A stretch of DNA of 64,000 bases from Nitrospirota bacterium (GTDB taxonomy: Bacteria; Nitrospirota; JACRHL01). The position numbers and the translations under genes were made by a program. Position 1 is the stretch's first letter. Each line of letters begins with the position of its first letter. The stretch is taken from NCBI GenBank assembly GCA_029858285.1, contig JAOUFN010000005.1, forward strand, positions 75,294-139,293, written 5' to 3'. Shown one piece after another: positions 53,913 to 62,987 of this stretch. The notes under the pieces were generated by a model, which was not told where the DNA came from, did not search any database, and saw nothing but the letters and a program-made list of their open reading frames with translations.

Positions 53913-54575
53913 TTACGCGGCGGGGGGCGGAGTCTGCCCCGTGCCGCCCCCGGACTTCTTTCCCTTCACCAGGCGGACGGGGGCGCCAGGAGTGGATTTT
54001 TTGGTGTTCTTCTTCCGTACGGTTTTTTTGGCAGACTTCTTGTCGGTTGCGTCGGCCGTGTCTCCGTCTGCTTTTCCGGGGGAATTTTCGGAAGATATCC
54101 GGGATTTTTCGGGTGCGCGTTTTTCGGGGGCGGCTCCTGTGGGCACGTCCTTGGCGGCAACGGAATCGGGGAGTTCCCGCGCCACACGGTCCAGCACTCC
54201 GTTGACGAAGCGGCTGGAGTCGTCGCCGCCATACCGCTTGGCGATCTCCACCGCCTCATCCAGGGTGACGCGCACCGGCACGTCGTCACCGTACAGTAGT
54301 TCACATACTGCCAGCCGCAGCAGGTTACGGTCCACGCGGCTCATGCGGTCCAAAGTCCAGTTTTCGGCGCAGCGGCGGATGGTGATGTCCAATTCATCCT
54401 TATGCTGGGCCACCTGGGCGACCAGTGCTTCGGCAAAATGGCGTGCCTCCTCCGGGGCTTCCGCCGCCTCCCAGAAGGCATCGCGGGTGATTGGATCGAG
54501 GTGGTCACGGATGCTTCGGTCCTGGGCGAACAGCAGTTGCAGAGCCAGTTCGCGCCCCTTGCGGCGGAGTCCCAC
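53913..54575 (-). CDS. nusB: Transcription antitermination factor NusB with a basic Lys-rich C-terminal extension
   Basis: NusB core (RRKGRELALQLLF...DRVARE) of ~140 aa, followed by ~75 extra residues rich in K/A/P/T (DKKSAKKTVRKKNTKKSTPGAPVRLVKGKKSGGG). Confidence 0.85.
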   Translation of the reverse strand: MGLRRKGRELALQLLFAQDRSIRDHLDPITRDAFWEAAEAPEEARHFAEALVAQVAQHKDELDITIRRCAENWTLDRMSRVDRNLLRLAVCELLYGDDVPVRVTLDEAVEIAKRYGGDDSSRFVNGVLDRVARELPDSVAAKDVPTGAAPEKRAPEKSRISSENSPGKADGDTADATDKKSAKKTVRKKNTKKSTPGAPVRLVKGKKSGGGTGQTPPPAA

Positions 54576-54578
54576 GGA

Positions 54579-55043
54579 TCAGCCCAGCTCCTTGAGCAGG
54601 TTGACCATTTCCACGCCGCTGCGGGCGGCGTCGAAGCCCTTGTTGCCGGCCTTGGTGCCCGCACGCTCCACTGCCTGTTCGATGGTGTCGGTGGTGAGTA
54701 CCGCGTTGATCACCGGCACGCCGGTTTCCAACGCCACCTGAGCCAGCCCCTTGCTGACCTCTCCGGCCACAAAATCGAAATGCGGGGTGCTGCCGCGGAT
54801 CACCGCACCCAGGCCGACCAGACAGTCGTAATTTCCGGAGGCCGCCATGCGCCGTGCCACCACCGGCATCTCGAACGATCCCGGTACGCGCACCACGGTG
54901 ATGCCGGTGTCGGCCACCCCGGAGCGGAGCAGGCCGTCCAGGCACCCCTCCAGCAGGCGTTCGGTGATCAGGCTGTTGAAGCGCGACACCACCAGGCCGT
55001 AGCGTCCGGTGCCGGTGAGTTTGCCTTCCACGTATTTGGGCAT
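54579..55043 (-). CDS. ribH: 6,7-dimethyl-8-ribityllumazine synthase
   Basis: 154 aa with the conserved lumazine synthase blocks. Confidence 0.95.
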   Translation of the reverse strand: MPKYVEGKLTGTGRYGLVVSRFNSLITERLLEGCLDGLLRSGVADTGITVVRVPGSFEMPVVARRMAASGNYDCLVGLGAVIRGSTPHFDFVAGEVSKGLAQVALETGVPVINAVLTTDTIEQAVERAGTKAGNKGFDAARSGVEMVNLLKELG

Positions 55044-55064
55044 GACGGTCTCCTGTGCCTCTTC

Positions 55065-56312
55065 CTACACTTCGTTGAGCAGGTGGCCGAGCTTGTCTTT
55101 TTTGGTTTTCAGATAACCTGCGTTGTCGACGCCGGGGGTGATCTCCAGCGGGACCCGCTCGACTACCTCCAGGTTGTAGGCCGACAGCCCCACAATCTTG
55201 CGCGGGTTGTTGGTCATCAGGCGAATGCGGCTGAGTCCCAGATTGACCAGAATCTGCGCCCCTACACCATAGTCTCGCAGGTCGGCCTTGAAGCCCAGTG
55301 TCTCATTGGCTTCCACCGTGTCCATGCCCTCGTCCTGCAAGCGGTAGGCGCGGATTTTGTTCACCAATCCGATGCCCCGGCCCTCCTGCTGCATATACAG
55401 CAACACACCCTGGCCTTCTTCCTCAATGCGGCGCATGGCGTGGTGCAACTGGGCCTGACAGTCGCAGCGAAGGGATGACAACACATCGCCGGTGAGGCAT
55501 CCGGAGTGAACCCGCACCAGGGGTGCACCTTTGGAAATGTCGCCCTTCACCAACGCCACATGGGACTGGTGGTCAATCTCGTTTTCGTAGACGATGGCGG
55601 TAAAGTCACCGTACGCGGTGGGCAGTGTGGCCTCCGCGGAGCGCCGCACCAGCAGTTCGTGGCGCACGCGGTAGGCGATCAGGTCGCGGATGGTGACCAT
55701 CAGCAGGTTATGACGCCGCTTGTATTCCACCAGATCTGGCACCCGCGCCATGGTACCGTCATCCTTCATGATCTCGCAGATCACTCCGGCGGGAATCTTG
55801 CCCGCCAGCCGCGCCAGATCGACCGACCCCTCGGTCTGTCCGGCGCGGCGCAGCACACCGCCGGGCACCGAACGCAGCGGAAACACATGGCCGGGACGTA
55901 CCAATTCGTGGGGCAGGCAGGCGGGGTCGCAGGCCTTCTTGATGGTAACCGCCCGATCCTGGGCGGAAATGCCGGTGGACACCCCCTCCCGTGCCTCGAT
56001 GGACACGGTGAACGCAGTGCCAAGCGGGCTGGTGTTGATGGTGCTCATGGGGGTCAGATGCAGGCGTTCCACCTGCTCCGGGGTCAGGGACAGGCAGATC
56101 AGCCCCCGCCCCTCGCGAGCCATGAAGTTGACCGCGTCGGCGGTCACATCCTCGGCGGCCATGACCAGATCGCCCTCGTTTTCGCGATCCTCGTCGTCGA
56201 CCAGGATGATCATGTCGCCCCGGCGGATGGCCTCGATGGCGGCCTCGATGGTGTCGAACGGGGATTTGGCGGAAGACGTTTCGGGGGACTTGTTGCTGTC
56301 AGCTTTGCTCAA
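55065..56312 (-). CDS. ribBA: Bifunctional DHBP synthase / GTP cyclohydrolase II
   Basis: RibB N-domain ([11 protein letters not shown]) and RibA C-domain (CxCxxC...HSGCLTGDV...RCDCQ zinc site). TTG start. Confidence 0.95.
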   Translation of the reverse strand: MSKADSNKSPETSSAKSPFDTIEAAIEAIRRGDMIILVDDEDRENEGDLVMAAEDVTADAVNFMAREGRGLICLSLTPEQVERLHLTPMSTINTSPLGTAFTVSIEAREGVSTGISAQDRAVTIKKACDPACLPHELVRPGHVFPLRSVPGGVLRRAGQTEGSVDLARLAGKIPAGVICEIMKDDGTMARVPDLVEYKRRHNLLMVTIRDLIAYRVRHELLVRRSAEATLPTAYGDFTAIVYENEIDHQSHVALVKGDISKGAPLVRVHSGCLTGDVLSSLRCDCQAQLHHAMRRIEEEGQGVLLYMQQEGRGIGLVNKIRAYRLQDEGMDTVEANETLGFKADLRDYGVGAQILVNLGLSRIRLMTNNPRKIVGLSAYNLEVVERVPLEITPGVDNAGYLKTKKDKLGHLLNEV

Positions 56313-56486
56313 GGGACGGCGGCTCCCGGCGGGCCCGAAAGGGGCGCCGCATACAATGCACGGAAAATGTGGCAGTGTAGGGAGCGGAAGGTCTGATTGT
56401 CAATGGCGGCGCGCCCCGCAGGGCGATGAACGGCGCGCCCCCCTGGCGGTTCATCTTTGCGATGGCCGGCACGTACCGGTGGTCTG

Positions 56487-57299
56487 TTACCAGGCTGGGC
56501 CGCCGCCCCCGCCACCTCCGGTATTCGCCGTTGGGCGATGTGGGTGGGGATCAAGTTCGTTGCCGGTGACCGGGTCGCGCAGGTTGATGGTGCCCGGGGT
56601 TTTGTTGACGATGGCCTTCTCCATGATCAGTTCCGAGAGCAGACGGCAGGTCTCGAAGACCCCCATGCCGCTGCTGCGCACCACCTGATCCACGGTGAGG
56701 GTACCGTCCACCAACTCGAACACCTGGGTGTGGGGCGGTGTTGCGGTATTGCGGCGCGGCTTCTCCTCGGGGTTCTTTTCGAACACCGCGTCGGCGCCTT
56801 GAATGTTGCCGGCGATGGATGGCCACTCATCCAGCCGCCTGGCCCCTTCCATGAGCAGAAATTCGGTGTTGATGGGGGTAACCAGACTGGCGTCGTACTT
56901 CACCGGCAGGCGCTCGAACATGTATTCCGAATCCTGGTGGAAAAACAGGTTGAGGGCGGTTTCCTGAAGCTGGAAACCAAGGGCCCGGGCGACGTCGTCC
57001 TGGGTGATTTTGCCCATTTCCGCGAGCATCATGCCCAGGGGCAGGCGCTTTTCTTCCTGCTGACGCAGGGCGGTGGCCAGGGTTTCGCGGTCGATGTAGC
57101 CCTGCCGCAGCAGAATTTCTCCCACCCGCGGCATGCCGCGCTCATCGGTGGAGGCATAAACCAGCTTGCCTTTTTCGAAGCCCAGAACCCACAGATTGCT
57201 GCCCTTGCGCACCGTGAGTCGCCCGGTCTTCTTCTGGTAGTGGATCAACTGGATGATGTCGGAAACGGTAAAGTCCTGGAATGATCCCTTGAGACCCAT
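56487..57299 (-). CDS. DUF4388 domain protein
   Basis: N-terminal block FQDFTVSDIIQLIHYQKKTGRLTV (PatA-like DUF4388) and a Gly-rich C-terminus. Confidence 0.65.
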   Translation of the reverse strand: MGLKGSFQDFTVSDIIQLIHYQKKTGRLTVRKGSNLWVLGFEKGKLVYASTDERGMPRVGEILLRQGYIDRETLATALRQQEEKRLPLGMMLAEMGKITQDDVARALGFQLQETALNLFFHQDSEYMFERLPVKYDASLVTPINTEFLLMEGARRLDEWPSIAGNIQGADAVFEKNPEEKPRRNTATPPHTQVFELVDGTLTVDQVVRSSGMGVFETCRLLSELIMEKAIVNKTPGTINLRDPVTGNELDPHPHRPTANTGGGGGGGPAW

Positions 57300-57580
57300 G
57301 GCACCTTCTCACTTGAGTGCAAAGACAGATTGTCCCTCAGGTCCTTATCGGCAGTGGTGGCGGCGAAGGTTAGCCTGAAACGGGGGATTTTCGCCCCCGC
57401 ATCCGCAAGGTGGCCGCTCTGGCCGGTGCTTGACACTCCCGGGCCGCAGCGCAACAATCCGGAACCGGTGTCCTTGATCGTTTTTCCGGTGCCTCCGGCC
57501 CTTTTTAGCCGTCCCGGGGGCTTTTTTCGGGGAAAAATTACCCCGGTTCGCCGACAACCCCAACCGTGTGAGGCTTTTCC

Positions 57581-59278
57581 ATGTCCGTGCCGTCCGATAT
57601 CGAGATCGCCCAGGCCGCGACCCTGCTGCCGGTTCAGGAAATTGCCCAGCGCCTCGGTCTGTCCGGGGACGATTTGGAACTGTATGGCCGCTACAAGGCC
57701 AAGGTCCATCTGGACGTGCTGGAGCGCCTGCGGGATCGTCCGAACGGCAAATACATCGACGTGACCGCCATCACCCCCACCCCTCTGGGGGAGGGCAAGA
57801 CCACCACCACGGTGGGGTTGGGCATGGGGTTGAACCACATCGGCAAGAATGCCGTCATTACCATCCGCCAGCCGTCCCTGGGACCGGTGTTCGGCATCAA
57901 GGGCGGGGCGGCGGGAGGGGGATACAGCCAGGTGGTACCGATGGAGGATTTCAACCTCCACTTTACCGGCGACATTCACGCCATCGGCGCTGCCCATAAC
58001 CTTCTGGCGGCGTTTATCGACAATCACCTGCACCACGGCAACCGGTTGCGGCTGGACGTACACTCCATCACGTGGAACCGGGTGGTGGATATCTCCGACC
58101 GCGCCTTGCGCAATGTGGTCGTGGGCCTGGGGGGCAAGGCTGACGGTGTTACCCGCGAGAGCCATTTCGATATTACCGTGGCCAGTGAGGTGATGGCGAT
58201 CATGGCCCTGACCACCTCCCTGTCCGACCTGCGCGAGCGGCTGGGGCGCATCATCGTGGCCCACGATGTGGAAGGGCGGCCGGTGACGGCCCAGGATCTG
58301 GGGTGTGCCGGGGCTATGGCGGTACTGCTGAAGGACGCCATCATGCCCAACCTGGTGCAGACGGTGGAGAACACTCCAGCTTTCGTACACTGCGGGCCGT
58401 TCGCCAACATCGCCCATGGCAACAGCAGTGTGCTGGCCGACCAGATCGCCCTCAAGTGCGCCGACTATGTGGTCACCGAGAGCGGGTTCGGGGCCGACAT
58501 GGGGTGTGAAAAATTCATGAACATCAAGTGCCGTTACTCTGGTCTCACCCCGGATGCGGTGGTGATCGTGGCCACCATCCGCGCCCTCAAGATGCATGGC
58601 GGTGTGGGCAGGATTGTGGCCGGCAAGCCGCTGGCCGAGGAACTGCTTACCGAAAACGTGGCGGCGGTGGAAAAAGGGTGCCAGAACCTCATCAAGCAGA
58701 TTCACAACGTCAAGAGTTTCGGGGTGCAGCCGGTGGTGTGCATCAATAGCTTTCCCACCGACACGGCTGCCGAGGTGGAGGCGATCCGCCGCCTGTGCGG
58801 CGCCGAGGGGGTGGAGGCGGTGAGCAGCCACCACTGGGCCAAGGGCGGCGCAGGTGCCGCCGATCTGGCGCGGGCGGTGGTAAACGCGGCGGAGCGCCCC
58901 AACCAGTTCCGCTTCCTTTATGAATTGTCGGCATCCATCGAGGAGAAGCTGCGCACCGTGGCCACCCGCATCTACGGGGCGCGGGATGTGGAGTTTTCCC
59001 CCAAGGCCAAAAAGTCCATTGAGCAGCTTACCCAGCAGGGATATGCCAACCTGCCGGTGTGTGTCGCCAAGACCCACCTGTCGCTGTCCCACGATCCCAA
59101 GCTGCTGGGGGCGCCCAGCGGCTTCATGTTCCCGGTGCGCGACATCAAGGTGAGCGCCGGGGCCGGGTTCCTTTATGCATTAGCGGGGGACATCCGCACC
59201 ATGCCGGGGCTTCCCAGTCGCCCGGCGGGCGAGAAGGTGGATCTTGACGAGAACGGCAAAATTGTCGGGTTGTTCTAG
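57581..59278 (+). CDS. fhs: Formate--tetrahydrofolate ligase
   Basis: 565 aa. PTPLGEGKTTTT P-loop and full-length FTHFS homology. Confidence 0.95.
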   Translation: MSVPSDIEIAQAATLLPVQEIAQRLGLSGDDLELYGRYKAKVHLDVLERLRDRPNGKYIDVTAITPTPLGEGKTTTTVGLGMGLNHIGKNAVITIRQPSLGPVFGIKGGAAGGGYSQVVPMEDFNLHFTGDIHAIGAAHNLLAAFIDNHLHHGNRLRLDVHSITWNRVVDISDRALRNVVVGLGGKADGVTRESHFDITVASEVMAIMALTTSLSDLRERLGRIIVAHDVEGRPVTAQDLGCAGAMAVLLKDAIMPNLVQTVENTPAFVHCGPFANIAHGNSSVLADQIALKCADYVVTESGFGADMGCEKFMNIKCRYSGLTPDAVVIVATIRALKMHGGVGRIVAGKPLAEELLTENVAAVEKGCQNLIKQIHNVKSFGVQPVVCINSFPTDTAAEVEAIRRLCGAEGVEAVSSHHWAKGGAGAADLARAVVNAAERPNQFRFLYELSASIEEKLRTVATRIYGARDVEFSPKAKKSIEQLTQQGYANLPVCVAKTHLSLSHDPKLLGAPSGFMFPVRDIKVSAGAGFLYALAGDIRTMPGLPSRPAGEKVDLDENGKIVGLF

Positions 59279-59282
59279 ATCA

Positions 59283-59903
59283 ATGACCAGCGGTGCTGGC
59301 ATGCGTCCGGAGACGTACCGCAGCGGCGGCCCCACCGACCACGAACTCCTCGATATCGTGGACTCAGGCAACCGGGTGATCGGCCAGGCCACGCGCCGGG
59401 AGATTCACGAGCGGGGGCTGATGCACCGCTCGGTACATGTGTTTCTGGTGGACCCCCAATCGCGCCTGTACATCCAGAAACGCGCCGCCAGCAAGGAGAC
59501 CTTTCCCGGCGCCCACGACTCCTCCGCCGCCGGTCATGTGAATGCCGGGGAGGACTATTTCGCCTGTGCGGTGCGCGAGGTCGAGGAAGAACTGGGGCTG
59601 TCCGCCGACCAGCACCGGATGGTGCAAATTTGCGAACTGGAGGCCGGGGAGGACAACGGTTGGGAACATGTGCGCTTCTATGTGGCGCAGACCAGCCACG
59701 AACCGACGCCGGACCCGGTGGAAGTGGCCCATGGGGCTTTTTACGACCTGGATCAGGTGGAAGACCTGATTGCGGACTCGGCGAACCACTTCGCCCCCAC
59801 ATTCCGCGCCCTGTACATCCTGTACGCTACACGTCTGCACCGCATGGTGGAAAGCGGTGATCTTTTCCGGCATTTGCCCAACGCGCATCCGCACGAACAC
59901 TGA
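59283..59903 (+). CDS. NUDIX hydrolase
   Basis: Nudix box GHVNAGEDYFACAVREVEEELGL. Confidence 0.8.
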   Translation: MTSGAGMRPETYRSGGPTDHELLDIVDSGNRVIGQATRREIHERGLMHRSVHVFLVDPQSRLYIQKRAASKETFPGAHDSSAAGHVNAGEDYFACAVREVEEELGLSADQHRMVQICELEAGEDNGWEHVRFYVAQTSHEPTPDPVEVAHGAFYDLDQVEDLIADSANHFAPTFRALYILYATRLHRMVESGDLFRHLPNAHPHEH

Positions 59904-60017
59904 TTCTGCCTAGGCGTGCCCGTTATTGCAGATCGACAGGCTCTTTTCCGATAAGACCGTGGGTCGTTTGGGGGACGTTTGTGGTCCCCCCTCACTGCCA
60001 CGGGAAGGGGAAAATCG

Positions 60018-60434
60018 ATGCAAGATGGGGATGCACTGCGTTTCAAGTCGGCGCGCCGGGCGCATGTGGGTGCCGGTTCAACGGAAGTTCCCACAGGTGG
60101 ACTCAAGGTTCCGGGGTTGCTCGGTGTCCGGCGGCGCACGCTGGTATGGCTGCTGCAACGGCTGCGGTCCTCCCGCATCTCTCTGGGGGTGGCGCTGTTC
60201 GATTTTGCCCTGTGGGCGCCGGTCTGGCACGCGATCACCCATTTTTTCCTGTTCGATCTGGATCATACCGATACCGGACAGTTTGTCGGGCTGGCCCTGT
60301 TTGCCCCGCCATCTCAAGTGGCGCTGGCTACTACCCCGGCTGGAGCATGTCCGCCGCTTGCCGGGCCGCCTGCTGGAAGGCCGTTTCCAGCTCCTGGCGC
60401 AGGGGGGTACCGTTGTCCTCGGCCCACTGGATGA
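60018..60434 (+). CDS. Putative small membrane protein (139 aa), speculative
   Basis: ATG with AAGGGGA 7 nt upstream and gene-like codon usage (CTG/GCG/CCG bias). A hydrophobic segment ISLGVALFDFALWAPVWHAITHFFLF. It fills an otherwise 428-nt convergent gap but overlaps the 3' end of the minus-strand lipoprotein gene by ~100 nt. Confidence 0.25.
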   Translation: MQDGDALRFKSARRAHVGAGSTEVPTGGLKVPGLLGVRRRTLVWLLQRLRSSRISLGVALFDFALWAPVWHAITHFFLFDLDHTDTGQFVGLALFAPPSQVALATTPAGACPPLAGPPAGRPFPAPGAGGYRCPRPTG

Positions 60435-61122
60435 ACTTGTGCCGGTTTTTGCCGGTGTAACTGAACGGCCGGGAACCCAGGGGGGCGCCGGCGGCGTCCA
60501 GCAGTGTGGCGGTGCCGGTCATGGTCAGCCACAGACGCGGGTTGATGCCTTTTTTTGTGGCTACCAGGGTGATTTGCGTCACCTCCATGCGCAGGCTGGG
60601 GCTGGCCGTGGACTCGCTTGCGGCGTCCAGCGTGACCTGTCCGTTCCGCTGCACGGCATCTGCCGTCGCCATTGCCATGAACAACCTCAGGGATGGGTCG
60701 CCCACCGTGCCCAGGATGACCGTGCGCGCCGAATTCACGTTGTCGTCGTCCTCGGCGGCTACCGCCCCCACCACGCCGCTGACGACCATCGCTACCGGCG
60801 CCAGGCCAATGGCCAGCAGCGCCCCGGCGCCGGCGCTGCTGTTGGAGGCTCCATCCAGCATCATGCTGCCGCCGCTCATGGCGCCGCGCGCGGCCCCTTC
60901 TCCGGCCCCGGTGGCGGGCAGGGACAACTGCGGATCAGGAAGGTCCATCACCTGCACATGTACCGGACCGGATACGGAGAAGCGCGGCGCTTCGGCCTTG
61001 ACCCCGTGACCGGCGCAGCCCCCGGACAGCAGTGCCGCGACGGCCAGCGCCGCCGCGGAACGGGTGACGATGGGCCGGATGCGGATGGTGGCAGTGGGTA
61101 CCAAAGGTGGCGTTCCGTGCAT
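60331..61122 (-). CDS. Hypothetical lipoprotein
   Basis: Signal peptide with lipobox LLSGGC. A Gly/Ala-rich central region. No family was recognised. Confidence 0.5.
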   Translation of the reverse strand: MHGTPPLVPTATIRIRPIVTRSAAALAVAALLSGGCAGHGVKAEAPRFSVSGPVHVQVMDLPDPQLSLPATGAGEGAARGAMSGGSMMLDGASNSSAGAGALLAIGLAPVAMVVSGVVGAVAAEDDDNVNSARTVILGTVGDPSLRLFMAMATADAVQRNGQVTLDAASESTASPSLRMEVTQITLVATKKGINPRLWLTMTGTATLLDAAGAPLGSRPFSYTGKNRHKFIQWAEDNGTPLRQELETAFQQAARQAADMLQPG

Positions 61123-61261
61123 GGCAAAAGCTCCCCCAATGTGTGAAAAGAACATCAAACGCTCCACCACTATTTCCCAATGGAAAGGGAGCGTCAAGTG
61201 GGAAGAAATCAGTCCGGCGTGGCTGCCCGATGAATTTGTCCGACAGAGCCGTCTGGATATT

Positions 61262-62659
61262 TCAGCGCAGGATGGCCAGAAGTGGCCCGACGCCCTCTCG
61301 CACCATGTGCAGCAGCAGGGGGCGGCCGTCTTGTATGGGCAGTTTTTGCAGGGCTTCCAGACCGTCCACCGGAACGCGGTTGACGGCCAGGATGCGGTCG
61401 CCCTCGCGCAGTCCCGCGCTCCACGCCCGGCTGCCCGGGGTTACCTCGAGAATGGCCACTCCGCCGCCGCTGGCGGTGCCCAGGCTGGCGCCCGCCAGCA
61501 GGGGGGAGATATCTGCCCCAATCGCACGCGACCCCCACTGGTCGGAAACGATGAAGGTGAGGGTGCTGTGTCTGGAATCGCGCACGATTTCGATTTCTGC
61601 CAGTTCCCCTACACGCAGAAGTCCCAGCCGGTTGTGCAGGTCGGCGGCGCGCCGCACCGGACGTCCGGCCACTCCCACCACCACGTCACCGGTGCGGATG
61701 CCCGCCTTCTGGGCCGGGGAGCCGGGGGTGACCTGGGCGATGAGCACGCCGTGGGCGCTTTCCAGCCCCAGAGTTCGGGCCAGGGCCGGAGTGAGATCCT
61801 GTCCCGCCACCCCCAGGCGACCACGGCGCACGGCACCGTATTTGAGCAACTGTTCCATTACATCCCGCGCCAGGTTGATGGGGATGGCAAAGCCGATGCC
61901 CACGTTGCCGCCGCCGGGGCCAAGGATGGCGGTATTGATGCCCACCAGTTCGCCCTTGAGGTTGACCAGTGCGCCACCGGAGTTGCCGGGATTGATGGAG
62001 GCGTCGGTCTGGATGAAGTCCTCATAGCCCTCGATGCCGAGGCCGCTGCGCCCCACCGCCGACACGATGCCGCTGGTGACCGTCTGGCCGATACCGAAGG
62101 GGTTGCCGATGGCGACCACGAAATCCCCCACCCGCACCTGTTCGGAATTGGCCATGGGCAATGCGGCGAGTTCTTTGGTGTCCACGCGGATCACCGCCAC
62201 ATCGGTGTCCGGGTCGCTGCCCACCAACTCCGCAGAGAGGGCGCGTCCATCCTTGAAGTTGACCTCAATCAGGCTGGCGTCACCCACCACATGGTGGTTG
62301 GTGAGGACCAGGCCGCGCCTGGCGTCCACCACCACGCCGGAACCCATGGAGTTCTCCGGTTTGGCCTCCTGCTGGGGCAGGTTGTAGAACCAGCGCGACA
62401 GAGGGTCGGCTGGTTGGTCCTGAGGGGTGCGTTTGCGGGTGACAATGCCCACCACCGCCGGGGTGGCCTGTTCCAGCATCGGTGCTAGAGTCGGCAGGGC
62501 CGTTCCCTGACTGTCCACCGGTGGCAGAGTGGCCGTGGATGGGGTGGCCAGTAACAGGACGGTGGACCATATCAGCCATGTGTATGTAAGCCACGTGCGC
62601 GCCAGCCGCTCAGGGTATTGGCGAAAGCAGGCGGGGCAGGGTGGAATGGCTGGCTGCAT
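61262..62659 (-). CDS. Periplasmic serine endoprotease DegP/DegQ family (trypsin domain + 2 PDZ)
   Basis: Catalytic-triad blocks (TNHHVV, DVAVIR, GNSGGAL) and two PDZ domains. Start chosen at MQPAIPP. Confidence 0.9.
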   Translation of the reverse strand: MQPAIPPCPACFRQYPERLARTWLTYTWLIWSTVLLLATPSTATLPPVDSQGTALPTLAPMLEQATPAVVGIVTRKRTPQDQPADPLSRWFYNLPQQEAKPENSMGSGVVVDARRGLVLTNHHVVGDASLIEVNFKDGRALSAELVGSDPDTDVAVIRVDTKELAALPMANSEQVRVGDFVVAIGNPFGIGQTVTSGIVSAVGRSGLGIEGYEDFIQTDASINPGNSGGALVNLKGELVGINTAILGPGGGNVGIGFAIPINLARDVMEQLLKYGAVRRGRLGVAGQDLTPALARTLGLESAHGVLIAQVTPGSPAQKAGIRTGDVVVGVAGRPVRRAADLHNRLGLLRVGELAEIEIVRDSRHSTLTFIVSDQWGSRAIGADISPLLAGASLGTASGGGVAILEVTPGSRAWSAGLREGDRILAVNRVPVDGLEALQKLPIQDGRPLLLHMVREGVGPLLAILR

Positions 62660-62828
62660 GTGGTTTCTCCCTGGGGTGGCTGATCCACCCCGGCGGGTGG
62701 GTCCGTGGTGATGGTGATAATCCCCCGGATGTGGCGTGTCAACCTCGCCGTTCCGGTTTGTCATGCCCAACGGCCCCCGCATAGTGGTCCGATCTCAGGA
62801 AATACTGTATATTTATTATGCATAAAAT

Positions 62829-62863
62829 GCCGTGCCGTGCCGTGCCGTGCCGTGCCGTGCCGT
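62829..62863. repeat. Perfect pentanucleotide tandem repeat (GCCGT)x7
   Basis: Counted directly: GC + 3x CGTGCCGTGC + CGTGC. It lies in the divergent intergenic region between degP and an FG-GAP protein gene, next to an AT-rich stretch. Confidence 0.9.
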
Positions 62864-62987
62864 GCGTCCTGTCCGGCGGTGTGTTTGGTGTTTGGTCGGG
62901 TGCGGTGTATCTTGAACAATCAGGGTGTTTGCTCTTCCGATGTGGCGGGAGAGCCGGGTCTCGGGTGGTGTAAGCGAGGATCAGGGC

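Noticed and set aside
56313-56486. Expected FMN riboswitch upstream of ribBA
   Set aside because: I read the reverse complement of the 174-nt leader and did not find the conserved RFN element cores (GGGTGAAATTCC, CCGACAGT, AGTCTGGATG). ribBA may be co-transcribed with the upstream DUF4388 gene, or the riboswitch may sit before ribD elsewhere.
62800-62822. LexA/SOS box (CTGT-N8-ACAG) in the AT-rich island
   Set aside because: The left half, CTGTAT, matches. The right half reads TTATG rather than ACAG, so it is not a convincing SOS box.
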